DNA of 64,000 bases from Camelus dromedarius. Its lineage: Eukaryota. A program made the position numbers and the translations under genes. Position 1 is the first letter of the stretch; each line of letters starts with the position of its first letter. Below, piece by piece: positions 51,230 to 64,000 of this stretch. The stretch is from NCBI RefSeq assembly GCF_036321535.1, contig NC_087436.1:71550001-71614000 (forward strand). Reading direction: 5' to 3'. The notes below the pieces were generated by a model, which was given only the letters and a program-made list of their open reading frames with translations, searched no databases and was not told the DNA's origin.

Positions 51230-53215
51230 CTACCTATTGAAAAACTCTAAAGACTTCACACAAAATCTTCTAGAACTGATAAATGAATTCAGCAAAGTAG
51301 TAGGATACAAGATTAACATACAGAAAACTGTTGCATTTCTTTACACTAACAATGAAATATCAGAAATGGAAAGTTAAAAAACCAATTCCTTTTAAAATCA
51401 CATTAAGGAAAATAAAATACTTAGGAATAAATCTGACCAAGGAGGTGAAAGACTTATATGCTGAGAACTATAAAACATTGATAAAGAAAATTAATGATTC
51501 AAAGAAATGGAAAGATATCTCATGCTCTTGGATTAGAAGAATTAATATTGTTAAAATGGCCATACTTCCCAAAGCAATCTGTAGATTTAATGCAATCCCT
51601 ATCAAATTACCCAGGACATTTTTTACAGAACTAGAACAAATAATCCTAAAATTTATATGAAGTCACAAAAGACCCAGAATTGCTAAAGCAATCCTGAGGA
51701 AAAAGAACAGAGCTGGAGGCATAACCCTCTCAACTTCAGATAATACTACAGAGCTACAGTAATCAAAACAGCTTGGTATTGGCACAAAAACAGACATATG
51801 GATCAATAAAACAGAACAGAGAGCCCAGAAATAAATCTACATACCTATGGTCAATTAATCTTCAACAAAAGGGGCAAGAATATACAATGGAGAAAAGCAA
51901 CCTCTTTGGCAACTGGTGTTGGGAAAGCTAGGCAACCTTAGGTAAATCAATGAAGTGAGAACACTCCTTCACACCATACACAAAAATAAACTCAAAATGG
52001 CTTAAAGACTTAAATATAAGACAGGATACCATAAAACTAAAAGAGAACATAGCCAAAACATTCTCTCACATAAATCGTAGCAATGTTTTCTTAGGTCAGT
52101 CTCCCAAGTTTGACTTAATCAAACTTATAAGCTTTGGTGCAGCAAAAGAAACCACAAATGAAACAAAAAGAAAACATATGGAATAGGAGAAAATATCTGC
52201 AAATGATATAACTGACAAGGAATTAGTTTCCAAAATATATAAATAGCTCATACAACTCAATAACAACAACAACACAAAAACCCAATCAAAAAATGGGCAG
52301 AAGACCTAAATACACATTTCTCCAAAGAAGCCATACAAATGGTCAATAGGCACATGAAAAGATGTTCAACATTGCTAATTATCAGAGAAATGCAAATCAA
52401 AAGTACAGTGAGGTATCACCTCTCATCAGTCAGAATGGCCATCATTAAAAAATCTACAAACAATAAATGCTGAGAGGGGGTGGAAAAAAAGGAACCCTCC
52501 TATGCTGTTGGTGGAACTGTACATTGGTGCAGCCACTATGGAGAACAATATGGAGGTTTCTTAAAATACTAAAAATATAGTTACCATATGATCCAACAAT
52601 TCCACTCCTGAACATTTATACAGAGAAAATTCTAATTTGAAAAGATACATGCACCCCAATGTTCACAGCAGCACTATTTACAATAGCCAAGACATGGAAG
52701 CAAACTAAATGTCCAACAACAGATAAATGAATAAAGAAGATGTGGTATATATATACAATGGAATACTACTCGGTCATAAAAAAGAATGAAATAATGCCAT
52801 TGCACCAACATGGATGAACCTAGAGATTATCATACTAAGTGTAGTAAGTCAGACAGAGAAAGAAAATATCATGTATCACTTATATGTGGAATCTAAAATG
52901 CGATACAAATGAAAACAGAAACAGACTCACAGACACAGAAAATAAACTATGGTTACCAAAAGGGAAAGGGTGGGGGAAGGATAAATTAGGAGTTTAGGAT
53001 TAGCAGATACAAACTACTATACATAAAATAGATAAATAACAAGGTCCCATAGGGACTAGTAGCACAGGGAACTACATTCAGTATCTTGTAATAAACTATA
53101 ATAGAAAAGAATATGAAAAAATATATAGATATATATACATATAACTGAACCACTTTACTGCACACATGAAACTAACACAACATTGTTAATCAACTATATT
53201 TCAATTTAAAAAGAA
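51230..53215 (+). mobile_element. 5'-truncated LINE-1 (ORF2 3' part, 3'UTR, short A tail), same lineage as 531-3694
   Basis: [63 protein letters not shown]; 3'UTR ends caactatatttcaatttaaaaag. Confidence 0.95.
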
Positions 53216-53745
53216 AAGCCATGCCACAAATGTTTATTTTCTGTACTGCCAAATCATGGTGTCATATTGTTAAGTGAATGGGGAAACTCATTAATAGTTG
53301 AAAGACAAAGACAAATAAAAAATCCTCAGTAATGTTATTGTTAATGTGCAACTCCATAAAATACATCAGAAATATACGGAATGATTCTGAAGAGTAGCCT
53401 GTCTTATTAAATGATGCAGTTATTCACCTTTTATATACATGTAAACTTCATTTAAGCTTAATTTATATTTCTTTACTCTACCAATATACAATATAATGAT
53501 TTAAGCAGCTGTGTACTGCATTTAATCCCAAAGAAGCTGTATCATTAGCACAAAAAGTAGTATTTTGGAGTGACTTGTATTCTTAATTCAGGACTACTTT
53601 TGTTTAGTTTTTCTTTCAGACCTCTACACTGAATTCAGTTTCTTAAGTGTATGTTACCTAAGCCAGTATGTGGGCCATTTTTCTTCATTCTATATATTCA
53701 GAATATATTAAAATAAGAATAATCATTCCTAATATTATTGACTCT

Positions 53746-54237
53746 TGTGTTAGAGTTTTCCAGAGAAACAAAACCCATAAGAAATATTTCTTAAATATAT
53801 GTATGTAATTTTATCACATGAAGAGATCTATTATAAGGAATTGACTCACATGAGCTATGAAAGTGAAGAAGTCCCAGGATCTGCAGTCAGCTGCAGACCC
53901 AGAAGAGCTGATGGTATTAGTTCCAGTCTGAAAGCTAGAAGGCTTGAGACCCAAATAGTGCTAATTTTTCAATTCAAGTCCAGAGGCAAGAAAAAGACCA
54001 ATGTCCCAGCTCAGCACCATGTTATTCTTGGGAAGATGAGTCTCTTTGTCCTATTCAGGCCCTCAGATTGAATGAGGGCCACCCACATTAGGAGGGCAAT
54101 CTGCTTTATCAAGTCTACTGATCCAATTGCTAATTTCATCAAATAAACACCTTCACAGACACACCCGGAATATGTCTGACCAAATATCTGGCCACCCTGT
54201 GGCCCAGTCAAGTTGACACACAAAATCAACCATAACA
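53746..54237 (-). mobile_element. ERVL MLT2-type solo LTR
   Basis: tgtgttagagttttccagagaaacaaaacc...ggcccagtcaagttgacacacaaaatcaaccataaca. Confidence 0.88.
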
Positions 54238-55194
54238 CCATTTGAGTATACCCTTCACTTTGGCTGTTTTTCTTCTCTAAGAAACAAATTCTGACTCTCC
54301 GGGCATGCACCTGCACAGTGAAGGAAAATGGAAAGGGACCGCACAGGGACCACAATGCAGGATGGTTGTCTTGGTCCTTAATCTTAGGAAACCATGTAAA
54401 AACACTTTCCACTATTTTTAAGCATTCTCAATATCAGTTCTGCTGAGTTTTTGCCTTTTCTACAAAACATGAAATGTTTCCTCACCTACCCATCTATGCC
54501 ACAATGGCACAGGCACTGAGAGGGTTTAGCATGCAAAAGTTTCTTTACGAGATTGATTCCTTGATCTCATTTTACCATCATCCAAGAAAGTTCTCTCAAT
54601 TTCCTGTTCCCAACCAGGCAGAACAATCTGCACAATTCAACCCATTCAGGTCCTCCTAATACTTACAATTATGTGCACACATTCTACCTTTGGGGGTCTG
54701 TTTTTATTTTTCAAGTCAAAGATGATGTCTGTCCTTTAATTTGACCCCAAATTAAAGATTCCATCATAGTGTTGATGCCTGTTACAACTAATCTGGTAGT
54801 GATTTTCTGGTGAGTTTTCTTGCATTAAGTGAAGTGCCTTAAAATATGTCTCAAATAAAGAGGATGTGAATAACAAACAATAGACTGGAAACTATCATTT
54901 TGAGAAAGAGAAGAACTTAAGAGTTGCTAAGAGCCAAAATCAAGAGTTCTTATTCTAAATTTATAAGAAAAAATAATTTGTTGCATATTTCCACATATTA
55001 AAGATACCAAGAAGCCTTTCTGGTCTCACTAAAAGTAAATGTTATAATCTGTATGATTCCATTTAATAAAATGCATCTGAATGAAAATATATCACAGTGA
55101 TAAAATTTAGCTAATGAGGGAAGGCACCACCATCAGCTCCTCCGTGCTTAGAACCCCATGCTTTTCTCAGGATCATAGTTATTCCTAGCACTCA

Positions 55195-55420
55195 TATCAT
55201 GCTTCTGTGTACCAGCCACTCTTCCAAGCACTTTACATATATCAGATCATTTTTCTTTAGAACAATTCTGTGAAATAAGATTATTTTCATTCCTATTTCA
55301 CATGTGAGGAAAAGAGGCACACAGAGGTTAAGTAAGTCGTGTAAGTCACACAGGTAGCTGGTGTAAGAGACGGGACTCAATCCAGGGAGTATGGTTGCAG
55401 AGCGTGTGATCTCAGCCATA
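55195..55420 (-). mobile_element. MIR
   Basis: catgtgaggaaaagaggcacacagaggttaagtaagt...gggactcaatccagg. Confidence 0.75.
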
Positions 55421-56189
55421 ACGCATATTCCCTCTCTATCCCGTGTCAGACATGATAGCTTTAGTCTAACATGCAGTCCAAGTTAAGCTACTGGCTTTGG
55501 CCTATATATGAAACATCAGTAAACTTTTCTTTCCTTCTTAGGTTTTAGGTAAAGCATAAGTACAAATAGAAATTAAATATTTCTTTCTGCACTCCAGCAT
55601 TTGATCCTTAGGAGTCTGCACCCCTTTTGGAGACCTCTAGCTGAGATATTAGGCTCAGTTTCATGTCCACAACACACTTGCTGCCTGTGACATTCTTATA
55701 ATTCCTTTTTTGGAAACTCTGAAGCCTGTTTTCCTTTTAATTCTCTCCTTGATTTTTACTGTTCTTATAACCAATAGCCCTTCAGCATTTATGCATTTCC
55801 TCTAAAGCAACCCAAGTCAGAGGAGTGTGAGAGGGGAGGTGGAACTAACCAACGCTTTCTGTATGCCACCCATTTTGTGTATTACATTTCATTAAATCAA
55901 TAAGCATTTGGCCAATCAAAACAAGCCTCTATAAATTAAGCAAAATCTACCACTTTTCTCATCCTCCACTCATATCTTTAATCAAGAATTCCCTTGATCC
56001 TTAAATTTCCTGGTTTTAAGATTTTTTTCCTAGATAAAACTTGGTGAATTTCACCTACCAATTCCTTGATTTGCTTTCGACACCGCTTCCCAGATTTCAA
56101 ATGGATGGAAATAACTTCAGTCTCTGCTCACTTTACAATGATCCCATTTCTTTAATTGCTGCTTACCATACCACACACACTCTTCCCAT

Positions 56190-56570
56190 GTGCACACAAT
56201 TGACCCTATAAAGGCTAATCATGCTTTTCTTAGGAATCTGGAATAAAGGCTCAGACACAGCTAATTAGCTTCTGCCATATGACCAGAACCAAGATAATGC
56301 CAACTTGAGAACTGGGGGTAGCCATTCAGCCTCATGCACACAATGAAGCAGATAATGCCAGTTGATAGAAAAGAATAAAGCTGTATGGTGAGGACCAGAC
56401 ACTGGAGAGAAAGAGTGTTGCTTGGGTTACAGACGTATGTTTTAATTCCTATCCCAGTAGGCTACGGGCTCAGGTGTTTTGGAGTTCTATGAGATACCCC
56501 TATAAATACTTTTTCTTGATGTTGTTGATATTTTAAACTATGTCAAGTTGGTCTTTACTGATTAAAAATG
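56190..56570 (+). mobile_element. Old ERVL LTR remnant (LTR16/LTR67-like)
   Basis: cttaggaatctggaat...gagttctatgagatacccctataaatac...ttaaactatgtcaagttgg. Confidence 0.4.
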
Positions 56571-56802
56571 AATATTATATTGTGTTTCCCATTTACTTGA
56601 AGACTTTATGTCAATTCATGGCCTAACAAGCCCAATTCTGTACAAGCTGAGAAAAATACACTATTTAGTAAAAATTCCACCTAATATATGCTGACATGCT
56701 ATAATTAACCCAACCCATTAGCACAATCACAGTGACTGTCAGTATACAAAAGATGACACTCAGTTACCCTCAAAGTTGCCAGGATACGCAGTAGCTTAAG
56801 GA

Positions 56803-57745
56803 GGGGACTCTGCTTCTAGTCATGAAGAAGTAGCAGTGACTAGATTTACCCTCCCACATGAAACAACTAGAAAACTAGACAAAATACCTCGACAAATGCT
56901 TTCAGACATTAAACAACAGATAGAACAGGACTGTGATCTCTGACAGAATAGAAATGAATAAATAAGCCCTAGTTTCCTGCCTAGAAAGTTCCCATGCCTC
57001 AGCTTAGACTGGGGAAGCACAAACAGAGCCCGGCCATCTCACTGAATTGAGGAAGTAGAGACCAGAATATGAGAAAGTAAAAGCACTTAGAATTTGTTGT
57101 TAGGACATAAGAGGAAGCACCTCTTGAATCTTTTGTTGAGTATTTGTCTGTGCCTACAAGGAGTCATACTCCACAAGGTGGGGTAAAGAACCACCAAAAA
57201 GCAGTGTGCCAAACAAACAAATTGCCAGATCTCACCCAGCACTAGGAATGATTTTTGTCCCACAAGACAGACTGCAAACATCTCATAATAAAGGGGACCA
57301 TTGGTAGAGTCCTCAGAAGCAAATCTTTATAGCCTTAGGCTATAGACCATCTGTCTAAAGACTACTCTTAGCCATGCCTAAACAAAACTCAAAAGCAAGC
57401 CTTAACTGGGTCAAACAGATTCCAAATAACTTACCTGCATGCCAGAACAAAGCCCAAAAATATTTAAAAGAATGCAACAAAATCCAGCAGCCAAGAACAA
57501 AAAATTCACAATGTCTGACATCAGAACAAAAATTACCAGGCAAGAAAAGAATCAGAAAAATATGGCCTATAAGCAGGAAAAATACCAATCAACAGAAACA
57601 AATCCAAAAACAACAGAGTTAATGGAATTTGCAAAGACATTGTAACAGTTATTTTAAATATGCTCCATATGCTCAAGAAGATAGAGGAAAGCATAAACAT
57701 GATGAGAGAAATAGAAGATATAAAAAAGACCCAATTGGTATTTAC
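56803..57745 (+). mobile_element. Old LINE-1 5'UTR and start of ORF1
   Basis: gcttctagtcatgaagaagtagcagtgactagatttaccctccc; aaaattcacaatgtctgacatc...gaagatataaaaaagacccaa. Confidence 0.75.
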
Positions 57746-57754
57746 AAGGATTTT

Positions 57755-58480
57755 GTAGCCACTTTACAACAGAAGATGCATGAATCACCAATAGCTGTAT
57801 AAAATGCTGCTCAGCATTTTTGGTTGTCATGAAATGCAAATTAAAACCACTAAATGAGATATCACTACATACCCAATGGAATGTTTAAAATTTTAAAACC
57901 TAACAATATCAAAGATGAGTGAGATAGAGCAACCAGCACGGTCAGATGCTGCTAGTGGGGACTTAAAATGGCATCACCATCGTGGAAAACCGTTTGCCAG
58001 TTTCCCATAGAGTTTAATATCCACTTACCATTTAGCTCAGTAATTCTACTCCTAGGTTTTTGACAGAGAAATAAAAACATATCACTAAACAAAAGATGTG
58101 TGCTTGTTTATGTTTATAGCAGCTTTATTCATAATAGTCCAAAACTGGCTACTCAAATATCCATCAGCAAGTTAATAAATAGGCAAAATTTAGTATATCC
58201 ATACAGTGTAAGGCTGTGTAGTGACAAAGAGGAATGATCTCCTGATACATGCAACACTGTGAATTAATTTCAAAAATAATATGATGAGAGAAAGAAGCCA
58301 GAAAAATCCATTCACATTAATATCTAGAAAAGGGAAATCTAATCTATAATGACAGAAAGCAGGGTAGTGGTTGCCTGGAGTTGGGAGCTGGTGGAAGAGG
58401 TCTGTCTGCAAAGGCCCCAAGGGAATCTTTAGGAGGGCAGACCTATTCTATAGTTTGATTGTGGTAGTGGTCACACACAG
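57755..58480 (+). mobile_element. Old LINE-1 3' end (L1MD/ME class)
   Basis: gaaatgcaaattaaaaccac, agcagctttattcataatagtccaaaactgg, gtggttgcctgg. Confidence 0.8.
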
Positions 58481-58585
58481 GTACATAGACAAAGAAACTG
58501 AGACTCAGAGGTTGAGTAACGCTGACACACACTGGCCCCTTGAAGGGTCCACAGTGAGTAAAATCAACAAGTAAGTAAATAACTA

Positions 58586-59234
58586 CAGCAGTTCCCCTAT
58601 ATCCACTGGTTTCACTTTCTGAGAATTCAGATACTTGCAGTCAACAGCAGTCCAAAAATGTTAAATGGAAAATTCCAGAAATAAACAATTTATAAGTTTT
58701 AAATTGCATGCCATGCTGAGAAGAGTGATGAAATCTCTTAGCCTCCACTGTGTCTTCCTTGGGACGCCCACTATCAACACTGTCTGCCCTTGACAGCCAA
58801 CCATCTGTATATCATCATGGCTCCAGGATCGCAAAGCAGATGATCCTCTTTCTGACATATTGTGAGGAGGTCAATAGTAGCCTAACACTAGTCACATTGC
58901 CTATGTCATTAACCTCATTTCATCTCATCTCATAGGCATTTTATCACGTCACATTGTCACAAGAAGAAGGATGAGTACAGTACAGTAAGATATTTTGAGA
59001 GAGAAAGACCACGTTCACATAACTTTTATTACAGTATATTGTTACAATTGTCCTACATCATTATTAGTTGTTGTTAATCTCTTACTGTCCCTAATCTATA
59101 AATTAAATTTTATTATAAGTATATATATATATATATGAAAAACATCGTATACATAGGGTCTGGTGCTATCCAGGGTTTCGGGCAACCACTAGGGGTTTTA
59201 GAATATATCCCCCATGGATAATGAGGGACTACTG
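58586..59234. mobile_element. MER44-type (Tigger7-derived) DNA transposon, complete
   Basis: TA|cagcagttcccctatatccac ... tggataatgagggactactg|TA terminal inverted repeats with TA TSD. Confidence 0.9.
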
Positions 59235-60906
59235 TATAAGCAGTATCAACATAAAAATAAGAACTACAACAGATGTAGAATAAGAAATGACAGTAGGGAA
59301 AATGCCCAATCTCGCTAAACCAGTCACAGAGAAGAACACTGTAGCAACTTGATCTTTTCTTTTTGCCAAATATTTCTTGAGCATCTAATAATTGCTCTGC
59401 TTTTAAGGAAATATTAACTCCTAAGCATATGCCTTATTTATAATCAGCAATTAGCTTTCCTTATTATTAGGTAAGTATTAAACATCAAAACAAATGCTAC
59501 CTCTAGTAGAACATTCAATGAAAATCCTATGACAAATGTAGACCCATTTATTCTATCAGCATTTATTTAGCATCTACTTGAAGGTACTATATAAGTGGAG
59601 TAGACAGATATAAGACACGGTGCTTACTCAAAATAAAGTTCCTCATATGCCAACAGTGATAAATTTTCTGGGAAAATTTATTATCATTCTGAAACATACA
59701 TATCGTCCTCTAAACTTCAAGCTAATTTTACCTCAAAGTCTGGATGTTTATTTTCAATTCAGTTAACTTAGGAAATCATTTCTGTAATTGCCTTTTTTTC
59801 TTAGTCTGCTACTGAAGTTATTCCACAGATTTCAACTTCAGTTATTTTAGCTCTAAATTGACTTATATAAAGAAAAGTTAAGAATCTAGCATCAAGAGAA
59901 AAAAAATAGCATCTATTATAATCTGGGAACTGAGACAGTAGTTGGCATTATAAAGTTGAAGAGACAGAGTTTCCACTCAAGGAGATCACAGACTGGGAGA
60001 GGTGATAAAAATGGAAGCAAACAGCTATAATAAAGTGTGATGTATGCTACACTGGAAGTGAGGATGACGTTCTGTGGGAAAAGGATACATGTGCAATTAA
60101 TTTGGCCAGATAACTACAAACTTCAAAAAACATTCAAGCCTTCCCCAAATTACGTCATTTTATTGCTTATATATTCAAAAAGACAGCTCTTCATATAATG
60201 CCTAGCATACTGCTCATTCTCAAAAAATGTTTGCTGATGAAAAAGTAACCAGGGTGATTTCTATGTGTGCCTTTATTCCTTAGTTTCACTTGAAAACAGC
60301 TTTTACAGTTTATCACTCGATGAATAACCTTTAGATTTCTTTTTATGCTTACATACATGAACGTGCATATGATGTGTATTTATGCGCATAAATAAAAGCT
60401 TAAGAAGCTGCCATTCAAAAGTTGAAAGCTGCTTGTAAGTCTCTCAGCGATGAGGACCTGTAACTTTGGACAGATCTTCATTCTTAGCTGAGTCATAACA
60501 GTGTACAATTTTAATCATGTTTTATAAGACCGAAGGTAAAACTGGAGTTTCTGGGCTCAACCAACTAATACCCCAGGTATGCAGAATTCAAGGATACCAG
60601 AGAGCTTCCATATATGAAAAAGATTAAAATTTACTTCCCATCATTTAGGATTCAATGCAAATAGAATACCTCTGCAGCACTGATGAGGCCCCAGCTGAGG
60701 TTAACTTTCTATAAAGTATACTAAGGGTTCTGAAGAAGTCATTCAACTTGACAGAAGAGATGGTCAAAGTCTGATGACTTTGGCTCAATGCCAGGACCTC
60801 TGCTGTCATGAGGGAGGCTAGGGTTGGGCATATTAAGAGGCTGAAATTAAAATACTCTCTCTCTTTCTCTCCAATTACCCTACAACTCTAGGTTGGGTGG
60901 ACTTTA

Positions 60907-61070
60907 AGGAGGGTGCCCATACAATTTATCATTCAAATCTAGATATTTTTGAGAGTGAAAGGGAACATTATTAATAACTTTTGTTTTTAAAAAAATGGTT
61001 GTGTGAATGACTGTCAAGTAAAGAGATTTAACATTGGGAGCCCAGAACAATATGAGTGTGTCCCACCTAT
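60907..61070. mobile_element. MER94-like hAT-Blackjack MITE
   Basis: agggtgcccatacaatttatcattcaaatc...ttttgagagtgaaaggg. Confidence 0.65.
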
Positions 61071-61763
61071 AGCACTGAGCATGGATGAAATGAATTTTTT
61101 TCATCTCAGCGTCTTGAAGAATCACTGTACTTTAGTGAATGATTTGCATGAACAGTAATAGAAGATGAAGCCAGAGTCAAGCCCAGTGACATTGCTTTAG
61201 CAAATCAGAGAGGATGTGATTTAATACAAGAAGAAACAGCAGCAGCAAGTGGGGGATATATTTGGAATGCCATGTTTCAGACACCTCATGCTTGGTGGTT
61301 GACTTAAAGCCGAAGTAGTCTTTCCCAGAGCTACCAACCCCCTGTAGTGGTGGTGCAGTCCTCCGACCTCAAGGGGTCAGGCCCATACTCATCCTGAGGG
61401 TCTCAGCACTTCATGTCATTCCTGAGACTTTATTTCCCTGGTCTTTTAATATAAAGTGCCTCATCATGTGGTTACAGAGTAGAATATACTGCTTAGAAAG
61501 GATAAGTAAAGTATGACCAAAGAAAGAGAGAAGCCCTGGGAAACCCCAGCATTTAAAGGGATAGAGAGGAGGAGAGAAACCAAAGATTGGCGGCTAAAAT
61601 TATAATAGCTATCACTTTCCAGTAATAGCTATATGCCAGGAATCCTAGTACATTTCTTTTCACACATTATTATTTTATCTCTTCATTAAATGTTTATTTA
61701 TGTAAGGTAAAATGCTACAGGCTGATTATTTAGTTGTTTACAAGACAGACACATTAGCTGTCA

Positions 61764-62242
61764 TGAAGGTGATGAGAACAAGTCTCCCCAAAATAGTCCC
61801 CTTTGGCAAGCAGACTATTTTGAACTGAAGGCAGTCAAGACCCAGCAGACTCAAGAAAAACTTTTACCTCTTCCTTAACTGCCTAAAAGAATCTGGATAG
61901 AAGGCCTGGTCCAGGAAGAGCACTGTCACTGGAGATACCTGCAAAGAATGTGGGCTGGGTGCAGTAAACTGGAGGGGAGCTCGGCTTTACAAAACATTTG
62001 CTCTTCCCAGCTTCCTGTGAATTGTCTCCCTCCCCTTTGAAGTCCTAGACCCCTATCCTGTTTTCCTTAACTCAGGATGACATATAAGCCTAAACTGCCT
62101 GACTGCCTGTGGGTCTCATAATACTATGAGGCCCTTGTATGTATGTAATTAAATTTGTTTTTGTGCTGTTAATCTGTCCTGTGTTAATTTGAATATTGGA
62201 TCAGCCAAAGAAAAGTAGAGGAAACATTTTTCCTCCCCTGCA
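61764..62242 (+). mobile_element. ERV1 solo LTR (MER34-like)
   Basis: tgaagg...ccccaaaatagtcccctttggc...gactattttgaactgaaggc; ATTAAA; ends ttttcctcccctgca; TSD gtca/gtaa. Confidence 0.8.
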
Positions 62243-63689
62243 GTAATAAATGTTTCTCTGCCTGGAAACAAGAAACCTGGGAAGTATTCTCTATTAGCAA
62301 AACAAACAGTACTGACTGCAGCCTTCTACTTTCACAGAGGAGAAAGCCTTACCCAAGAACTTGAGCTGCTGGCCCAAGATAAAGGAAAAACTGTCATTTT
62401 AAAGCTTCTGAGGGTTCTTCCTGATGCTAACAGAGCCCAGAAGCTTTGTTTTGCAAGCTTTCTGCTGATTTTTTTTTTTTTGAATATGCAAAAGTAGGTC
62501 TGGAGTTAAGTTTGCAGTCATGACTGCAGAAAATTAAATTGCTCTGAATGACAGAATAGGTTGAATTTTTTGACCTGGAGAAAGGCAGCAAAGAATAGAG
62601 TGGAGAGAAGTAAAGTGCAGAGCAGACAGAGTTCAGAGAGGCAGAGGCAGGAATCCATCAGGGAAATCATAATCTCCACCCCCTGCTGGGCACTAAGAAA
62701 ATCATATTTTGCCCCAAATACTAGGAATTGTTTTGCGTTCCCACCAAACATGTAATGTGAGGTTAAAGGAAGGGGGTTGCATCAATTTCAGTTAAGTGTA
62801 ACAAAATTATCCCAGAAAGCTGGACTACTTGGAGAATATCCAAGTACATCACAGCTCCCCACCCCCACCCCCACCCTCACCCCAACCCACTGCTGAAATC
62901 ACACATGTGTACTGGGGTGGCAGAAAGAGAGAGGGAGCAGGGATGAGTCGAAGTTCTGGGGTGAGGTGAGGCTCCAAGATTACTGGAGGTCAGACATGGC
63001 ACACAGACTTTACATATTGATCCTGAACATGGTTGTGGACCTTGAAAAGCTTGTTTTCCAAGGGGCTGTTAGAGAAGGAATGAAAGATAGAGGACATTGT
63101 TGCTGAAATCTCTGAAACCGCCCCTTCCCATCTGTTCCTCCAGGCACACAGCTTGTTTCACGTAATTTACACATAATGACTTTCTAATTATTGACTTAAG
63201 TGGCTTGCCTGAGAGGTTTCCGTAGAAACTGTTTCAGAAACAGTTTAATGTTGCAAAAATCTAAACTTAGAGCAGAAAATTCAGTAGAAAATTAAAAGAC
63301 AGTAAGTTGGTGTCCTTACTAGAATAAATGCTGTAATTGGATCTATCAAAAGTCACCGGCACCTGCATCTCAGCCCCAGCTTCACATTGCTGGGATTTTT
63401 CTTCCCCTGTATTCAAAAGACTTTTCAAGAAAGAATAAATATTTCTAAGATCTTTTTTCCCTTTCCCATTTGGAAATGTTTGCATTAAAAGAAAAAAAAA
63501 ATCTCCTGCCCAAAACAGAAACTCAGAGCATTCATATATCCCTTTAAAATCATGCATCAATCACTGTCCTGGGACAGCAAAACCACTAGGTCTCAAAAGC
63601 ATTCTCCCTGCAAACTTTGAGCTTCTCCTTTCCTTCTAAAAAAATTTAAGTATTTAGAATGCTGTGGCAAAACAAGTTAGTGTAACAGT

Positions 63690-63850
63690 AAGTTAAACAA
63701 CTTGCCTTCAAATTTCAGGTCTACCACTCATTATGTTATATGACCTTGGGCAAGGTACAAAAACACACCAGTCAAGGTTCCTCGTTAATAAAACAGAGAT
63801 AAAAATGGTATCCACTTGAAAGGTCTGAGGATTAAATGTGACAGTTCAGT
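63690..63850 (+). mobile_element. MIR fragment
   Basis: tgaccttgggcaagg...gaggattaaatgtga. Confidence 0.6.
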
Positions 63851-63869
63851 GTGTCAACCACAGCTTATG

Positions 63870-64000
63870 CATTCCTCTTTTCCAGTTACTCAAGCAAAAC
63901 CATTTATTGAATTCCTACTATATATGCCAGGCATCATACCAGGTTACCATCATCAGATAAAGACGAAGCTGATGCAGATGGCTGAGCTCACAGCTCTGTT
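63870..64000 (-). mobile_element. L2 3' end fragment
   Basis: caagcaaaaccatttattgaattcctactatatatgccaggca. Confidence 0.65.

Noticed and set aside
51192..51660. ORFs with strong protein-like sequence
   Set aside because: Broken L1 ORF2 of a 5'-truncated copy.
1..64000. CRISPR array, operon, defence system or full-length provirus
   Set aside because: Mammalian DNA with no regularly spaced repeat-spacer array, no gene-dense region and no gag/pol/env or paired LTRs; the LTRs are solo, most with their own TSDs.

Overview
AT-rich mammalian genomic DNA, not prokaryotic. It is most likely from a camelid (alpaca, vicuna or camel), because it carries three tRNA-derived Vic-1-type SINEs and I saw no Alu, B1, Bov-tA/BovB or PRE-1 elements. 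I found no intact protein-coding gene, RNA gene or CRISPR array. The listed ORFs are LINE-1 fragments, open frames inside LTRs or microsatellites, or chance frames. Roughly half the window is transposon-derived: LINE-1 of several ages, L2, MIR, CR1/L3, ERV1/ERVL/MaLR solo LTRs, and hAT and Tc/mariner DNA transposons. The most notable structures are: (1) a twin-primed, 5'-inverted L1 with a recognisable TSD; (2) a cluster of solo LTRs at 10-23 kb, including one mosaic LTR whose 5' and 3' parts match two different neighbouring LTRs; (3) several nested insertions; (4) a Charlie-type transposase fossil; (5) speculative minus-strand exon-like segments that, with the plus-strand bias of L1s, hint at a minus-strand host transcript. 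Repeat family names come from my recall of consensus sequences and need RepeatMasker/Dfam confirmation. I cannot support a genuinely new biological system from this sequence.
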